A DNA stretch of 64,000 bases, from positions 1,696,001 to 1,760,000 of the forward strand of contig OZ245056.1 of NCBI GenBank assembly GCA_965224705.1, in the 5' to 3' direction. Shown here piece by piece: positions 28,418-39,421 of this stretch; positions within the stretch are counted from its first letter, which is position 1, and every line of letters starts with the position of its first letter. Source of the stretch: Spirochaetaceae bacterium. GTDB lineage: Bacteria > Spirochaetota > Spirochaetia > DSM-2461. The translations under genes were made by a program, and so were the position numbers. The notes beneath the pieces were generated by a model. That model saw only the letters and a list, made by a program, of their open reading frames with translations, made no database searches and was not told the DNA's origin.

Positions 28418-28826
28418 GTTGGCCTACATACGGCGTTGAAAAAGCCCCTTGAAATTTTCAAGTATATGTATCGTCCAGCGCTTTCAAGCGGGTTTACCGT
28501 CTCTAAAAAAGCCATGGAGGAATTTTTTAGAAGTTCCATTAAGAACCAAATCCTACGCCCTGAATTAAGTCCCCCCGAAATTTTGGGGGGGCGCGGAGCG
28601 AAGGGGGATTCTCAAGGGGGCCCCCCCTTGAGTCGTATTTTTCTTTGTTAAACTTTCTTTTTGTCGAAAAAAAGAAAGTTTAGGCCCAGCGGCCTGAGCG
28701 ATATTGAAGAAAGAACCTTTTGGCCATAGAATACGTGCATTATGTCATATTTCAGACCTAAGCGCACTGCAAAGAAATATCTGTTGCCGACCGGTATATT
28801 CATTGTGTACCTAAGCGGTTGCCAGG

Positions 28827-30497
28827 ATGAGTGATTTCATACGGCAGATTGTCAGAGACGATCTGGAATCCGGCCGGATACCGCGGGTTGTCACCCGGTT
28901 CCCCCCCGAACCCAACGGGTATCTTCACATTGGTCATGCCAAGGCATTTCTTCTGAATTTCTCCATCGCCGAGGAATTCGGCGGTATCTGCCGCCTGCGC
29001 TACGACGATACGAATCCCGAAAAAGAAGATGAGGAATTTGTTCGGGGAATAGAGGAAGACCTTCAATGGATGGGTTGCCGATGGGAGGGGGAAGCCCGTC
29101 ATGCCTCGGCCTATTTCGACCAGTTTTACGAGTGGGCTATGGAGCTTATCAAGGGTGGAAAAGCCTACGTTGACCATCAAAGCCCCGAAGAGATCGTGGA
29201 GAATCGGGGAACGCCCACCAGTGCGGGGGTGGATTCTCCCTACCGGGATCGGACAGTCGAGGAAAATCTTGCGTTATTGGAAAAAATGAAGGCCGGTGAG
29301 CTTGAAGAGGGTGAATGTGTTCTCAGGGCGAAAATTGCCATGAACCATCAGAACATCCTCATGCGGGACCCGACTATCTACCGTATTCGGAAAGGACGTC
29401 ATCACAGGACAGGGGATCGGTGGTGCATCTACCCCATGTACGATTTTGCCCACGGCTACGAAGATGCTATTGAAGGGGTTACCCATTCGCTGTGCTCCCT
29501 GGAATTTGAAAACCACCGCCCCCTTTACGATTGGTTCCTCGACAATGTTTCCATCCCCTGCCGACCGCGGCAGTATGAATTCGCCCGACTCAACCTTTCC
29601 CATACCATCATGAGTAAGCGCTACTTGAGAAAGTTGGTGGAAGAACATCATGTTCATGGTTGGGATGACCCCCGGATGCCCACCCTCCGAGGTATGCGCC
29701 GCCGGGGGTATCCTGCCGTGAGTATTCGGAAATTCATTGAGCAGATCGGTGTGAGCAAGGCAAACAGTCTCGTGGATGCCGAATTTCTGCATTTCCATGT
29801 CCGGGAAGAACTGAATGCCTCCGCCCAGAGGCGCATGGCCGTTCTGAATCCCATCAAACTCACCATTACGAATTGGCCGGAGGGAAGAATTGAAACCTTT
29901 ACGGCAGAGAACAACCCCGGCAGCCGGGATGCCGGCAGCCGGGAACTCCAGTTTTCCGGAGCCCTCTGGGTGGAGCGCGACGACTACATGGACAACCCGC
30001 CGCGCAAATGGTTCCGTCTGGCTCCAGGTAAGGAGGTGAGGCTCAAGTACGCGTACTACATTACGGTTACCGGAGTGATTCGGGGCAGGAATGATGAACC
30101 CCTGGAGATACTCTGCACCTACGACCCTGAAAGCCGGGGAGGGGATACGCCGGATGGACGGAAAGTCCGGGGTACGCTTCATTGGCTCTCACGGCATAAC
30201 GCCGTCGATGCCGAAGTCCGGCTTTACGACCACCTGATTACTCTGGAGGATGTGGGTCAGGTTGAAGAGGGGAAGGACTTCCTGGATTACATGAATCCAG
30301 ACTCGGAGGTGGTGCTGCCGTTGTCGAAAGTTGAGCCGGCACTGGCGAATGCCGAAAGGGCGGACCGGTTCCAATTCCTCCGAAACGGTTATTTCACCGC
30401 CGATGGGGTGGATCACGTCCCTGGAGAGAAACCTGTTTTCAACCGTATTGTGGGACTTCGGGACAGCTGGGCCAAGATCGCGAAAAAGGGTGTGTAG
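28827..30497 (+). CDS. glnS: Glutamine--tRNA ligase
   Basis: TRFPPEPNGYLHIGHAK (HIGH), CIYPMYDF, MSKR, GWDDPRMPT and FQFLRNGYF motifs. Confidence 0.95.
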   Translation: MSDFIRQIVRDDLESGRIPRVVTRFPPEPNGYLHIGHAKAFLLNFSIAEEFGGICRLRYDDTNPEKEDEEFVRGIEEDLQWMGCRWEGEARHASAYFDQFYEWAMELIKGGKAYVDHQSPEEIVENRGTPTSAGVDSPYRDRTVEENLALLEKMKAGELEEGECVLRAKIAMNHQNILMRDPTIYRIRKGRHHRTGDRWCIYPMYDFAHGYEDAIEGVTHSLCSLEFENHRPLYDWFLDNVSIPCRPRQYEFARLNLSHTIMSKRYLRKLVEEHHVHGWDDPRMPTLRGMRRRGYPAVSIRKFIEQIGVSKANSLVDAEFLHFHVREELNASAQRRMAVLNPIKLTITNWPEGRIETFTAENNPGSRDAGSRELQFSGALWVERDDYMDNPPRKWFRLAPGKEVRLKYAYYITVTGVIRGRNDEPLEILCTYDPESRGGDTPDGRKVRGTLHWLSRHNAVDAEVRLYDHLITLEDVGQVEEGKDFLDYMNPDSEVVLPLSKVEPALANAERADRFQFLRNGYFTADGVDHVPGEKPVFNRIVGLRDSWAKIAKKGV

Positions 30498-30528
30498 GGC
30501 GTATGGAAGATTGACCGGAGGAGAAAGC

Positions 30529-31113
30529 ATGTGGGATGAAAGGTACAGCGCGGAAGAATACGCGTATGGCAAGAATCCAAACGAATTCCTGAAGAACAGC
30601 TTTCGCTGCATACCGAAAGGCAGGGTTCTCAGCCTGGCCGAAGGTGAGGGGCGGAATGCCGTGTTTCTTGCCAGGCAGGGCTATCAGGTGACGGCCGTTG
30701 ATAGTTCTCAAGTCGGTTTGAGTAAGGGCGGGAAGTTGGCCGAAGAGAATGGGGTTGAAGTGAGCTTCATTCATGCGGATTTGTCTGAATTCGACATCGG
30801 TGAGAACCAGTGGGACGGAATAGTCTCTATTTTCTGCCATCTGCCTTCAGCCATACGAAAGGTACTGCATAAAAAGGTCGTCGCGGGGCTAAAACCAGGG
30901 GGCGTGTTTCTTGTCGAAGCGTACACCCCGAATCAGCTGCAGTATGGAACTGGCGGCGGCAATTCGGCAGATACCATGATGTCTGAGGAATCCTTGATTC
31001 TTGAATTGGATGGGTTGAAGTTTGCCCATCTGGCTGAACTTGAGCGGAATGTTGTAGAGGGCGTATATCACACAGGACTGGGGGCAGTGGTTCAAGCAAT
31101 TGCTTCCAGGTAA
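30529..31113 (+). CDS. Class I SAM-dependent methyltransferase
   Basis: MWDERY start after GGAGG; VLSLAEGEGRNAVFLA and LKPGG motifs. Confidence 0.85.
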   Translation: MWDERYSAEEYAYGKNPNEFLKNSFRCIPKGRVLSLAEGEGRNAVFLARQGYQVTAVDSSQVGLSKGGKLAEENGVEVSFIHADLSEFDIGENQWDGIVSIFCHLPSAIRKVLHKKVVAGLKPGGVFLVEAYTPNQLQYGTGGGNSADTMMSEESLILELDGLKFAHLAELERNVVEGVYHTGLGAVVQAIASR

Positions 31114-31138
31114 AGAAGTTTACGGATGCCGGTGCCCA

Positions 31139-32317
31139 TCAAATTCCCTTAACCGCCCGTTCCACCTTCCATCTTTCCGCGCGTTCAAGAACCAGATCCT
31201 GGGCGAGGGGAGCCATGGTTAAGCCTTCAGGGGCTCCTATGGATAATGCGGCCAGGTGACCATCGACAAAGCATGGGCGCCAGAGTGCGGTTCCGACTTC
31301 CCAGGTTTCTGCGGTCTTGAACTGGGCGACAGGTCCCGCCGAAAACCAGAAGCCGCCGAATACCTCACATTTTAGTCGGTAAGGAGGGTTTTCGTTTTTC
31401 ACTTTCCGGCCAAGCATGCTCAGAGCGGCCAGATGTCCCTGCTCTTCGGCGGAACGCCACAGACCGGTCGTCGTGCCGTCGGGATGCTCCGCACAGTCTC
31501 CCGCCGCCCAGATATGCGGCTGCGAAGTGCGCAGGCTTGAATCGACTGCTATACCGCGCCCTATGTCAAGTCCCGCCGATTGGGCTAAACGTATCTCAGG
31601 TTCCGAACCAAGGGTGAGAACCCCATAATCGGCGCTGAATTTGCCCTCTCGAGTTTGAAACTCCAGACCTCCGCCCCCATCAATCAGGCGGACTTCTTCA
31701 ATGGATTGACCAAAAACCAGATCGACACCAGCGTCAGACAGTTTTCGAGTCAGGAGATTGGCTGTCATGGAATCCAGATATTCCGCCAGCGGGTACTCGG
31801 ATCGTCCAATCAGGGTAACATGCAGACCGGCCTCGGTTAGCTGCCATGCGGCCTCCACACCGAGTACTCCCGCACCAGCAACGATGATTTCTTTCACTTG
31901 AGGGATTTTTTTGTTCAGAGTTCGCCCATCATCTTCAGTCCAGAGCGTACTCCATTTTCCGGCAGGCATGATGAAGGGTATTCGAGGACGGGCTCCAGTG
32001 GCCAGAAGCAGGCATTTGTATGCGATTTTCTCTCCCCCGACGACAATCTGTCGGGCATCGGGGATGATGTCTTCAACGGTGAGGCCTCTTTGAAGGTCAA
32101 CATTATTTCGGCTGTACCATGTTTCTTCGTGGATGGCAAATTCATCCGGAAGCATCCCACTCTTTACGTGTTTGCTGACCTGTGTCCTTTTGTAGGGAAG
32201 GGCATTTTCCGCATCGACAAGATTGAGTGATGCCGAGGGGACTTCCCTGATAAGGGTTTCGGCGGCGGTGCGTCCGGCGCTGCCGGCTCCAACGATGATG
32301 AAATCATAACTTCTCAC
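31139..32317 (-). CDS. FAD/NAD(P)-dependent oxidoreductase (pyridine nucleotide-disulfide / ferredoxin reductase-like)
   Basis: IVGAGSAG, LLATGA, AGAGVLGVE and IWAAGDCAE motifs. GTG start follows GGAG. Confidence 0.85.
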   Translation of the reverse strand: MRSYDFIIVGAGSAGRTAAETLIREVPSASLNLVDAENALPYKRTQVSKHVKSGMLPDEFAIHEETWYSRNNVDLQRGLTVEDIIPDARQIVVGGEKIAYKCLLLATGARPRIPFIMPAGKWSTLWTEDDGRTLNKKIPQVKEIIVAGAGVLGVEAAWQLTEAGLHVTLIGRSEYPLAEYLDSMTANLLTRKLSDAGVDLVFGQSIEEVRLIDGGGGLEFQTREGKFSADYGVLTLGSEPEIRLAQSAGLDIGRGIAVDSSLRTSQPHIWAAGDCAEHPDGTTTGLWRSAEEQGHLAALSMLGRKVKNENPPYRLKCEVFGGFWFSAGPVAQFKTAETWEVGTALWRPCFVDGHLAALSIGAPEGLTMAPLAQDLVLERAERWKVERAVKGI

Positions 32318-32453
32318 TGTTTTCTCCAGGATGCCCGAATTTCGCCGTTTATCATACTTTATCAAGTGTCAACAAGCTTGCTGACACTCCGGATTCCTTA
32401 CTGAGGTATGCTTGAATGGAATTCTGAAGAGTATCGGCCTCCCTCCAACTTCA

Positions 32454-32831
32454 TCAGGTAACAAGTGCCTCAACCTCCACCTGCACATCTCTGGGTAAAC
32501 GGGATACTTCCACGCAGGAACGCGCCGGAAACGGAGCATTGAAGTAAGTGGCATAGATGGCATTAAATGCAGGAAAGTTTCCCATGTCGGTAAGAAAACA
32601 GGTGGTTTTTACGACATTGTCCATGCTGGATCCGGCGGCTTCAACGACGGCCTTCAGATTGTTCAACGCCTGCCTTGCCTGATCCTCAAAATCATCGCTT
32701 ACAACTTCCCCGGTCCGGGGATCCAATGCAATCTGCCCGCTTGTGTAGACAAAATTACCTGCCTTTACAGCCTGGGAGTATGGCCCTATGGCTGCCGGGC
32801 TTGCCTCTGTTTCTATTGCTGATTTATGCAT
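32454..32831 (-). CDS. RidA family enamine/imine deaminase
   Basis: AIGPYSQA, YTSGQI, NLKAV and PARSCVEVSRLP motifs. Confidence 0.92.
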   Translation of the reverse strand: MHKSAIETEASPAAIGPYSQAVKAGNFVYTSGQIALDPRTGEVVSDDFEDQARQALNNLKAVVEAAGSSMDNVVKTTCFLTDMGNFPAFNAIYATYFNAPFPARSCVEVSRLPRDVQVEVEALVT

Positions 32832-33512
32832 TGTTCCTCCTGTTTCACCTCTCTGAGGTAGTTGTAAATTGTGTATTTGGATAATCCCATTTCTTTGGCC
32901 ACATATTCAATGATCCCTTTTATTTCAAATATACCGCGTTGATTGAGTTCGGATACAATCCGCTTGTTTCTGGCTACCGGCGAGAGCTGCCGTTCTCTGG
33001 ATAAGGCGGTATGGACTTCATCCAGGGAACGGCTTATCAGTTCTTCAACACTGGAGGCGAACTGTTCCTTCGGTCCCTTATCGGCATCCATTGTGTGGCG
33101 AAGAAATTCACCAACAATATCAATGAACGGGGCAGATAAATCCATGTTGATGCACAGCATTCCGATGGGACGTTCATTCTGATTGTGGATTACAGCGGTT
33201 ATGGAACGCATCTGTCGGCCATCTTTGGCCATCGATGGATAGGGGCCGAATATCTGATTGCGGGTTTTCCTGCTGTCACGAAGAATGTGCATGGCAAATT
33301 CGGTTATGGGGGAACCAATTGTCCGGCCCGTAATATGCCCGTTGGCTATACAGCGAACGGAATGGGAAAGATCGTCCAACGCATGAAGAAGGACTTCACA
33401 ATACGGACCGAAGATACGGGCTATAGCACCGACAGCGGGTTCCATGGACTTCAATATGGCGTTATCCGCCGCATCCAGAGGAAACATGTTGCCCACCGCA
33501 CCGTCCTGTACA

Positions 33513-33523
<11 letters not shown>
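32813..33523 (-). CDS. YheO-like PAS + HTH transcriptional regulator
   Basis: FGPYCEVLLH, NGHITGRTIGSPIT, IGMLCIN and GLSKYTIYNYL motifs. Confidence 0.88.
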
Positions 33524-34700
<1,177 letters not shown>

Positions 34701-34790
34701 GTACTAACCTCCATTGCGGATGAATGAGATGATTATTATGTATAGCTATAAATTTTTCAACATAATTTACAATATTTTTGCAAATTTATA

Positions 34791-34818
34791 TTGACATTTA
34801 TACTTTATACATTAAAAT
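34791..34818 (+). promoter_or_regulatory. Putative sigma70 promoter of the LIV-type operon
   Basis: TTGACA-N16-TAAAAT in an AT-rich divergent intergenic region, upstream of AAGGAG and the ATG at 34844. Confidence 0.55.
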
Positions 34819-34843
34819 TAATAAAAAATAAGGAGATTTTGCA

Positions 34844-35974
34844 ATGCGTAAATCACTCTTTTCATTAACTATTCTCATGATAGTTACAGCAGTACTGCCG
34901 GTTTTTTCAACCGGCACCAGGGAATCCGGGGACTCCTCCATTCATATTGCACTGTCAGCACCCATAACGGGAGACTGGTCGGAGTACGGGGTCAATTTTG
35001 AACGCTCCGTGACCATGGCCATAGATAAACTGAATGAGGCAGGCGGTGTACTTGGACGGCAGTTCAGTCTATCGACAGGCGATACAAAAGGTATCCCGCA
35101 GGAGGCAGCCACTTTGGCCCAGAAATGGACCAGCGATCCCTCCATTGTAGCCGAGATTGGGCCGTTTTCATCGTCCAGTTCCATGGCGGCCCAACCCATT
35201 TATGATTCTATGGGTATGGTCCAGCTTTCACCAACCGCAAGCCATGCGGACTATGCCGGGGGATCGACCTGGAGTTTCGGAATAGTTGGCACACAATCCA
35301 GTGAAGGTCCATTCAATGCCGCTTTTGCCTATGACGACATTGGCATACGCAATGTTGCGGTGCTTCACCTGAACAACGACTGGGGTATAGATACGGCACA
35401 GTATTTTACGAAGGCCTTTGAAACAATGGGCGGCACAGTTACGGATGTTGAATTCTATTTCGATGGTGAAAGTGATTTTACCGCCGTGCTGACCAAACTG
35501 AAGGATTCTGGTGCCGATGGCCTGTTCATGGCTGCATTTTATAATGACGGAGCCGCCATAAACATTCAGCGCAAGCGGCTTGGCTGGAATGTTCCCGTTA
35601 TCGGTCCTACTTCTCTGTATTCCCCCCAGATTATTGAACTTGGCGGAGATTCAGTCGAAGAACTGTACACCGGCACCGGATTCTTTGCCGAAGATCCGGA
35701 TCCCGTTATTAAGGACTATGTGGACAGATTCAGGGAACGCTATGGTGCATCACCGAATTTCCATGCGGCCCTAGCCTATGATGCCATGATGCTGTTGGCC
35801 GATGCCATTAAACGTGCCGGAAGCACAGATCATGCGGCTATACGTGACGCATTGGCCAGCACAGACAGCTTTCCCGGACTGACCGGTTCCATAACCTTTA
35901 ACCCGGACGGTTCGGCCACTAAAAGTTACAGGAAACTGGTCGTCAAAGACGGGAAGTTTGTTCCTTTCGAATAG
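34844..35974 (+). CDS. Branched-chain amino acid-type ABC substrate-binding protein
   Basis: Signal peptide; APITG, NEAGGVLGR and AYDA motifs (LivJ-like). Confidence 0.88.
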   Translation: MRKSLFSLTILMIVTAVLPVFSTGTRESGDSSIHIALSAPITGDWSEYGVNFERSVTMAIDKLNEAGGVLGRQFSLSTGDTKGIPQEAATLAQKWTSDPSIVAEIGPFSSSSSMAAQPIYDSMGMVQLSPTASHADYAGGSTWSFGIVGTQSSEGPFNAAFAYDDIGIRNVAVLHLNNDWGIDTAQYFTKAFETMGGTVTDVEFYFDGESDFTAVLTKLKDSGADGLFMAAFYNDGAAINIQRKRLGWNVPVIGPTSLYSPQIIELGGDSVEELYTGTGFFAEDPDPVIKDYVDRFRERYGASPNFHAALAYDAMMLLADAIKRAGSTDHAAIRDALASTDSFPGLTGSITFNPDGSATKSYRKLVVKDGKFVPFE

Positions 35975-36039
35975 CATTAATCAGAAATGATGGTGTGGAA
36001 ATGGGGGAACACTCCGGAAAGAACAGGTAAAATGTTGTC

Positions 36040-36903
36040 ATGTTTGCACAGCAGTTGATAAATGGTTTGACGCAGGGCAGTTTATTTGCTTTGCTGGCCA
36101 TTTCGTTTTCCATTGTCTATGGAACGCTCAGATTGGTGAACTTTGCCACAGGATCCATCTACATGATTGGGGCCTTCTGCGGCTGGTTGATTGTTAAACA
36201 TGCCGTCCCGAATCTGTTTGCGGCTATTGCCGCCGGAGCTGTCGGCGGATTCATTGCGGGCTATGTTCTTGAACGGTTTGCTTTCAGGGCCCTGCGCGGA
36301 GTCGCACGGATAGCTTCTCTCATCTGCACCATCGGATTTTCGGTACTGTTAAATGAACTTATGGCGGTTCTGTTTGGCGCAGAGCGTAAAAGTATGCCGC
36401 CTTTCTATTCGCATACGGCTTTTACTGTGGCCGGGGTGAATGTCAGCTGGCTGCAGATTATTCTTGTGGGCGTCGCCGCGATTATCCTTACCGCATTACA
36501 ATTGTTCATCTTCCGTACAAAAATGGGTCTGGCCATACGCGCTGTATCCCTGGACTTCAAAACGGCCAGCCTTATGGGAATTCCTGTGGACCGGGTTATT
36601 TCGCTGACTTTCTCCCTGGCCGGAGCTATGGCGGGCATTGCCGGGGTTATGGCCAGTGCATATTACAATGCAGTATTTCCTTTTATGGGGAACATTGCGG
36701 GGTTGAAATCCTTTTCGGCGGCAGTATTCGGCGGGCTGACATCCATTCCCGGGGCCATTCTGGGCGGGTATCTTCTGGGATTGATAGAGAATTTCGGTGT
36801 GCAGGTGATTTCTTCGGGTTACCGGGACTTAATCGGTTTTGTCATACTGGTTGTTTTTCTATTGGCAAGGCCCCGCGGACTTCTGGGCCGCAAAGTTGCT
36901 TGA
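36040..36903 (+). CDS. livH: LIV-type ABC permease
   Basis: QQLINGL, VNFA, GLAIRAVS..ASLMGI and RPRGLLG motifs. Confidence 0.85.
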   Translation: MFAQQLINGLTQGSLFALLAISFSIVYGTLRLVNFATGSIYMIGAFCGWLIVKHAVPNLFAAIAAGAVGGFIAGYVLERFAFRALRGVARIASLICTIGFSVLLNELMAVLFGAERKSMPPFYSHTAFTVAGVNVSWLQIILVGVAAIILTALQLFIFRTKMGLAIRAVSLDFKTASLMGIPVDRVISLTFSLAGAMAGIAGVMASAYYNAVFPFMGNIAGLKSFSAAVFGGLTSIPGAILGGYLLGLIENFGVQVISSGYRDLIGFVILVVFLLARPRGLLGRKVA

Positions 36904-36916
36904 GGGATGACGGATT

Positions 36917-37945
36917 ATGCGGTCAGATAGAATTAGTATAGCTTATTTCATCAGAAGATACCGCTGGCCTTTTGCCATCGGAACAGGTTTATTGCTGTTG
37001 ATCCTGCCCTTTCTTCTGGGCAATGCGTATTACATACGGGTGGCTACCATTGTGGGCATTTATGCAATTCTGGTTTCCAGTCTGAACATAATTATTGGAT
37101 TTACGGGAATGTTCTCCCTGGGTCACGCGGCTTTCTACGGCATTGGAGCCTATACCTCGGCCATGCTGACGACTATGGCGGGTTGGTCCTTCTGGACAGC
37201 CATGCCTGCAGCGGGTCTTGTTGCAGGTATTTTCGGCGGGCTTATAGGGCTGGTTACATTGCGTCTAAAGGCTGTATTTCTGGCCTTTACAACGTTGGGA
37301 TTCGGTGAGATTACCCGCATAGTCATTTTGAACTGGCGATCGTTCACCCGCGGCCCGCTGGGCATTGCGGGTATTCCTGTTCCCACATTTTTCGACTGGA
37401 AATTTAACCGATATGGTTACTACTACCTTGTTCTTGTTCTGGCTTCGCTGACCGTACTCCTCATTGCCAGAATGTATTACTCCCGGATCGGGCGGGCCTT
37501 TGTGGCCATACGCGAGGATGAAACAGCGGCCAGGAGCATGGGTATTCATGTGTTCGGGTACAAGGTTCTGGCATTTACCATTGCCTGTTTCTTTGCGGGT
37601 ATAGCGGGCAGTTTTTTTGCTCATTTCCAGCGGTTTGTCAGCGCCGATTCCTTTTCCAATCTGGAGTCTTTTGTCATTATTACCATGGTGGCTCTGGGCG
37701 GAACCGGGTCCATTGTGGGTCCCATCCTGGGTGCTGGCATTCTGGTTGTGTTCCCGGAGGTATTCCGGTTCCTGGCCCGGTACCGCGGGGTAATCTACGG
37801 ACTGGTACTGATACTGGTTATTGTTCTGAAACCGGGCGGACTTGCCGGTGTCAAGGGTATCTTTGAGAAGCCCAAAATACCCAGGAAGAGAGGCAATCGC
37901 AGAAAGTATCACATAAAACCTCTTCCCGGGAGTAACGGCGGATGA
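36917..37945 (+). CDS. livM: LIV-type ABC permease
   Basis: SLGHAAFYGIGAY, TLGFGEI and AIREDETAA motifs. Confidence 0.85.
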   Translation: MRSDRISIAYFIRRYRWPFAIGTGLLLLILPFLLGNAYYIRVATIVGIYAILVSSLNIIIGFTGMFSLGHAAFYGIGAYTSAMLTTMAGWSFWTAMPAAGLVAGIFGGLIGLVTLRLKAVFLAFTTLGFGEITRIVILNWRSFTRGPLGIAGIPVPTFFDWKFNRYGYYYLVLVLASLTVLLIARMYYSRIGRAFVAIREDETAARSMGIHVFGYKVLAFTIACFFAGIAGSFFAHFQRFVSADSFSNLESFVIITMVALGGTGSIVGPILGAGILVVFPEVFRFLARYRGVIYGLVLILVIVLKPGGLAGVKGIFEKPKIPRKRGNRRKYHIKPLPGSNGG

Positions 37946-38700
37946 TTCTTTCTGTAGAAAAACTCTGCAAATCCTTTGGCGGTTTACTGGCAAACAACAG
38001 CATTGATCTACATGTACAGCCCAGAACAATCCATGCAATCATAGGTCCCAACGGGGCAGGCAAGACAACTTTTTTTGATGCCCTGACCGGTCTCCTCCCT
38101 GCAGACAGCGGAACTATAACTTTTGAAGACAGACGAATTGAATCTCTGCCCACTCACCGGATTGCCGCAATGGGTATAGGAAGAACATTCCAGAACATCC
38201 GGCTGTTCCCCTGGCTTTCTGTTCTGGACAATGTCAGGATTGGGGCACACGTCCGCCAGAAACAAAATGTGTTCGATGCATTAATCCGTTCTTCCCGCAA
38301 CCGCCGGGAAGAACGGGAGATAAAGGAATTTGCATTGAACTTGCTCGAACAGGTGGGACTGTCCAGGGTCTCCGACACTTTTGCCCGCAACCTTCCTTAT
38401 GGGGAACAGCGCAAACTGGAGATTGCCCGCGCCATGGCCGGCAACCCCCGGCTGCTGCTGCTGGATGAACCGGCGGCGGGAATGAACAACACGGAAACAG
38501 CCAACCTGGATGCCTTTATACGGAGCCTGAAGGACAAGGGATTCACAGTTCTGCTTATTGAACACGACATGAAGCTGGTAATGAGCATTGCAGACCGCAT
38601 AACGGTAATTGATCATGGAATTAAAATAAGCGAGGGGACGACGAAAGAAGTGCAGAACGATGAGCGGGTCATAGAAGCCTATCTTGGGAGGGACAAGTGA
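37942..38700 (+). CDS. livG: LIV-type ABC ATP-binding protein
   Basis: GPNGAGKTT, RTFQNIRLF, LPYG and DEPAAGMN motifs. Confidence 0.88.
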   Translation: MILSVEKLCKSFGGLLANNSIDLHVQPRTIHAIIGPNGAGKTTFFDALTGLLPADSGTITFEDRRIESLPTHRIAAMGIGRTFQNIRLFPWLSVLDNVRIGAHVRQKQNVFDALIRSSRNRREEREIKEFALNLLEQVGLSRVSDTFARNLPYGEQRKLEIARAMAGNPRLLLLDEPAAGMNNTETANLDAFIRSLKDKGFTVLLIEHDMKLVMSIADRITVIDHGIKISEGTTKEVQNDERVIEAYLGRDK

Positions 38701-39410
38701 ACCTGCTTGAGATACATAACCTGGAAGTGCATTATGGCAGGATCCATGCCTTGAAGGGAGTTTCCATAAATGTGGAACACGGTAAACTGGTCACGCTTAT
38801 TGGTGCCAATGGTGCTGGCAAAACAACGCTTCTGAATGCGATTTCCGGTATTGTTCCGGCTAGCGGGGGCACTGTAGCTTTTAATGAAAACAACATTTTC
38901 AATGAGGAGCCGCACATTATAACCCGAATGGGCATGGTTCATGTTCCCGAGGGACGGAAAATTTTCAGTGAATTAACCGTGGAGGAAAATCTAACTATCG
39001 GTGCTTACATACATCCCAACCGTTCCCAGGTGCAAACCTTGATTGACCGCAACTATGCGCTGTTTCCAAAACTGGCCGAGCGGCGCAGCCAGGAGGGCGG
39101 CTCATTGTCCGGGGGCGAACAGCAAATGCTGGCCATCGCCCGAGGGTTAATGTGCAATCCAAAACTACTTCTTCTGGACGAACCAAGTCTTGGACTGGCT
39201 CCACTTTTAGTAGAAGATGTCTTTGCACTGATAAACGAAATAAATCGGTCGGGTGTTGCCGTTCTGCTGGTGGAACAAAACGCCAATGCGGCCCTGCAAA
39301 CTGCCGATTATGGCTATGTTCTGGAAACCGGTTCCATAATTCTGCACGACAGGGCCGCCAATCTTTTGAAAAATGCACAGGTTCGCAAGGCCTACCTGGG
39401 CATTGCATAG
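38697..39410 (+). CDS. livF: LIV-type ABC ATP-binding protein
   Basis: GANGAGKTT, VPEGRKIF, LSGGEQQM and DEPSLGLAP motifs. Confidence 0.88.
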   Translation: MNLLEIHNLEVHYGRIHALKGVSINVEHGKLVTLIGANGAGKTTLLNAISGIVPASGGTVAFNENNIFNEEPHIITRMGMVHVPEGRKIFSELTVEENLTIGAYIHPNRSQVQTLIDRNYALFPKLAERRSQEGGSLSGGEQQMLAIARGLMCNPKLLLLDEPSLGLAPLLVEDVFALINEINRSGVAVLLVEQNANAALQTADYGYVLETGSIILHDRAANLLKNAQVRKAYLGIA

Positions 39411-39421
39411 GAGGCAAATCA

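Noticed and set aside
20600..28700. CRISPR array
   Set aside because: The repeats are ~180 bp and separated by ~1.8-kb paralogous genes, not short unique spacers; no cas genes are seen.
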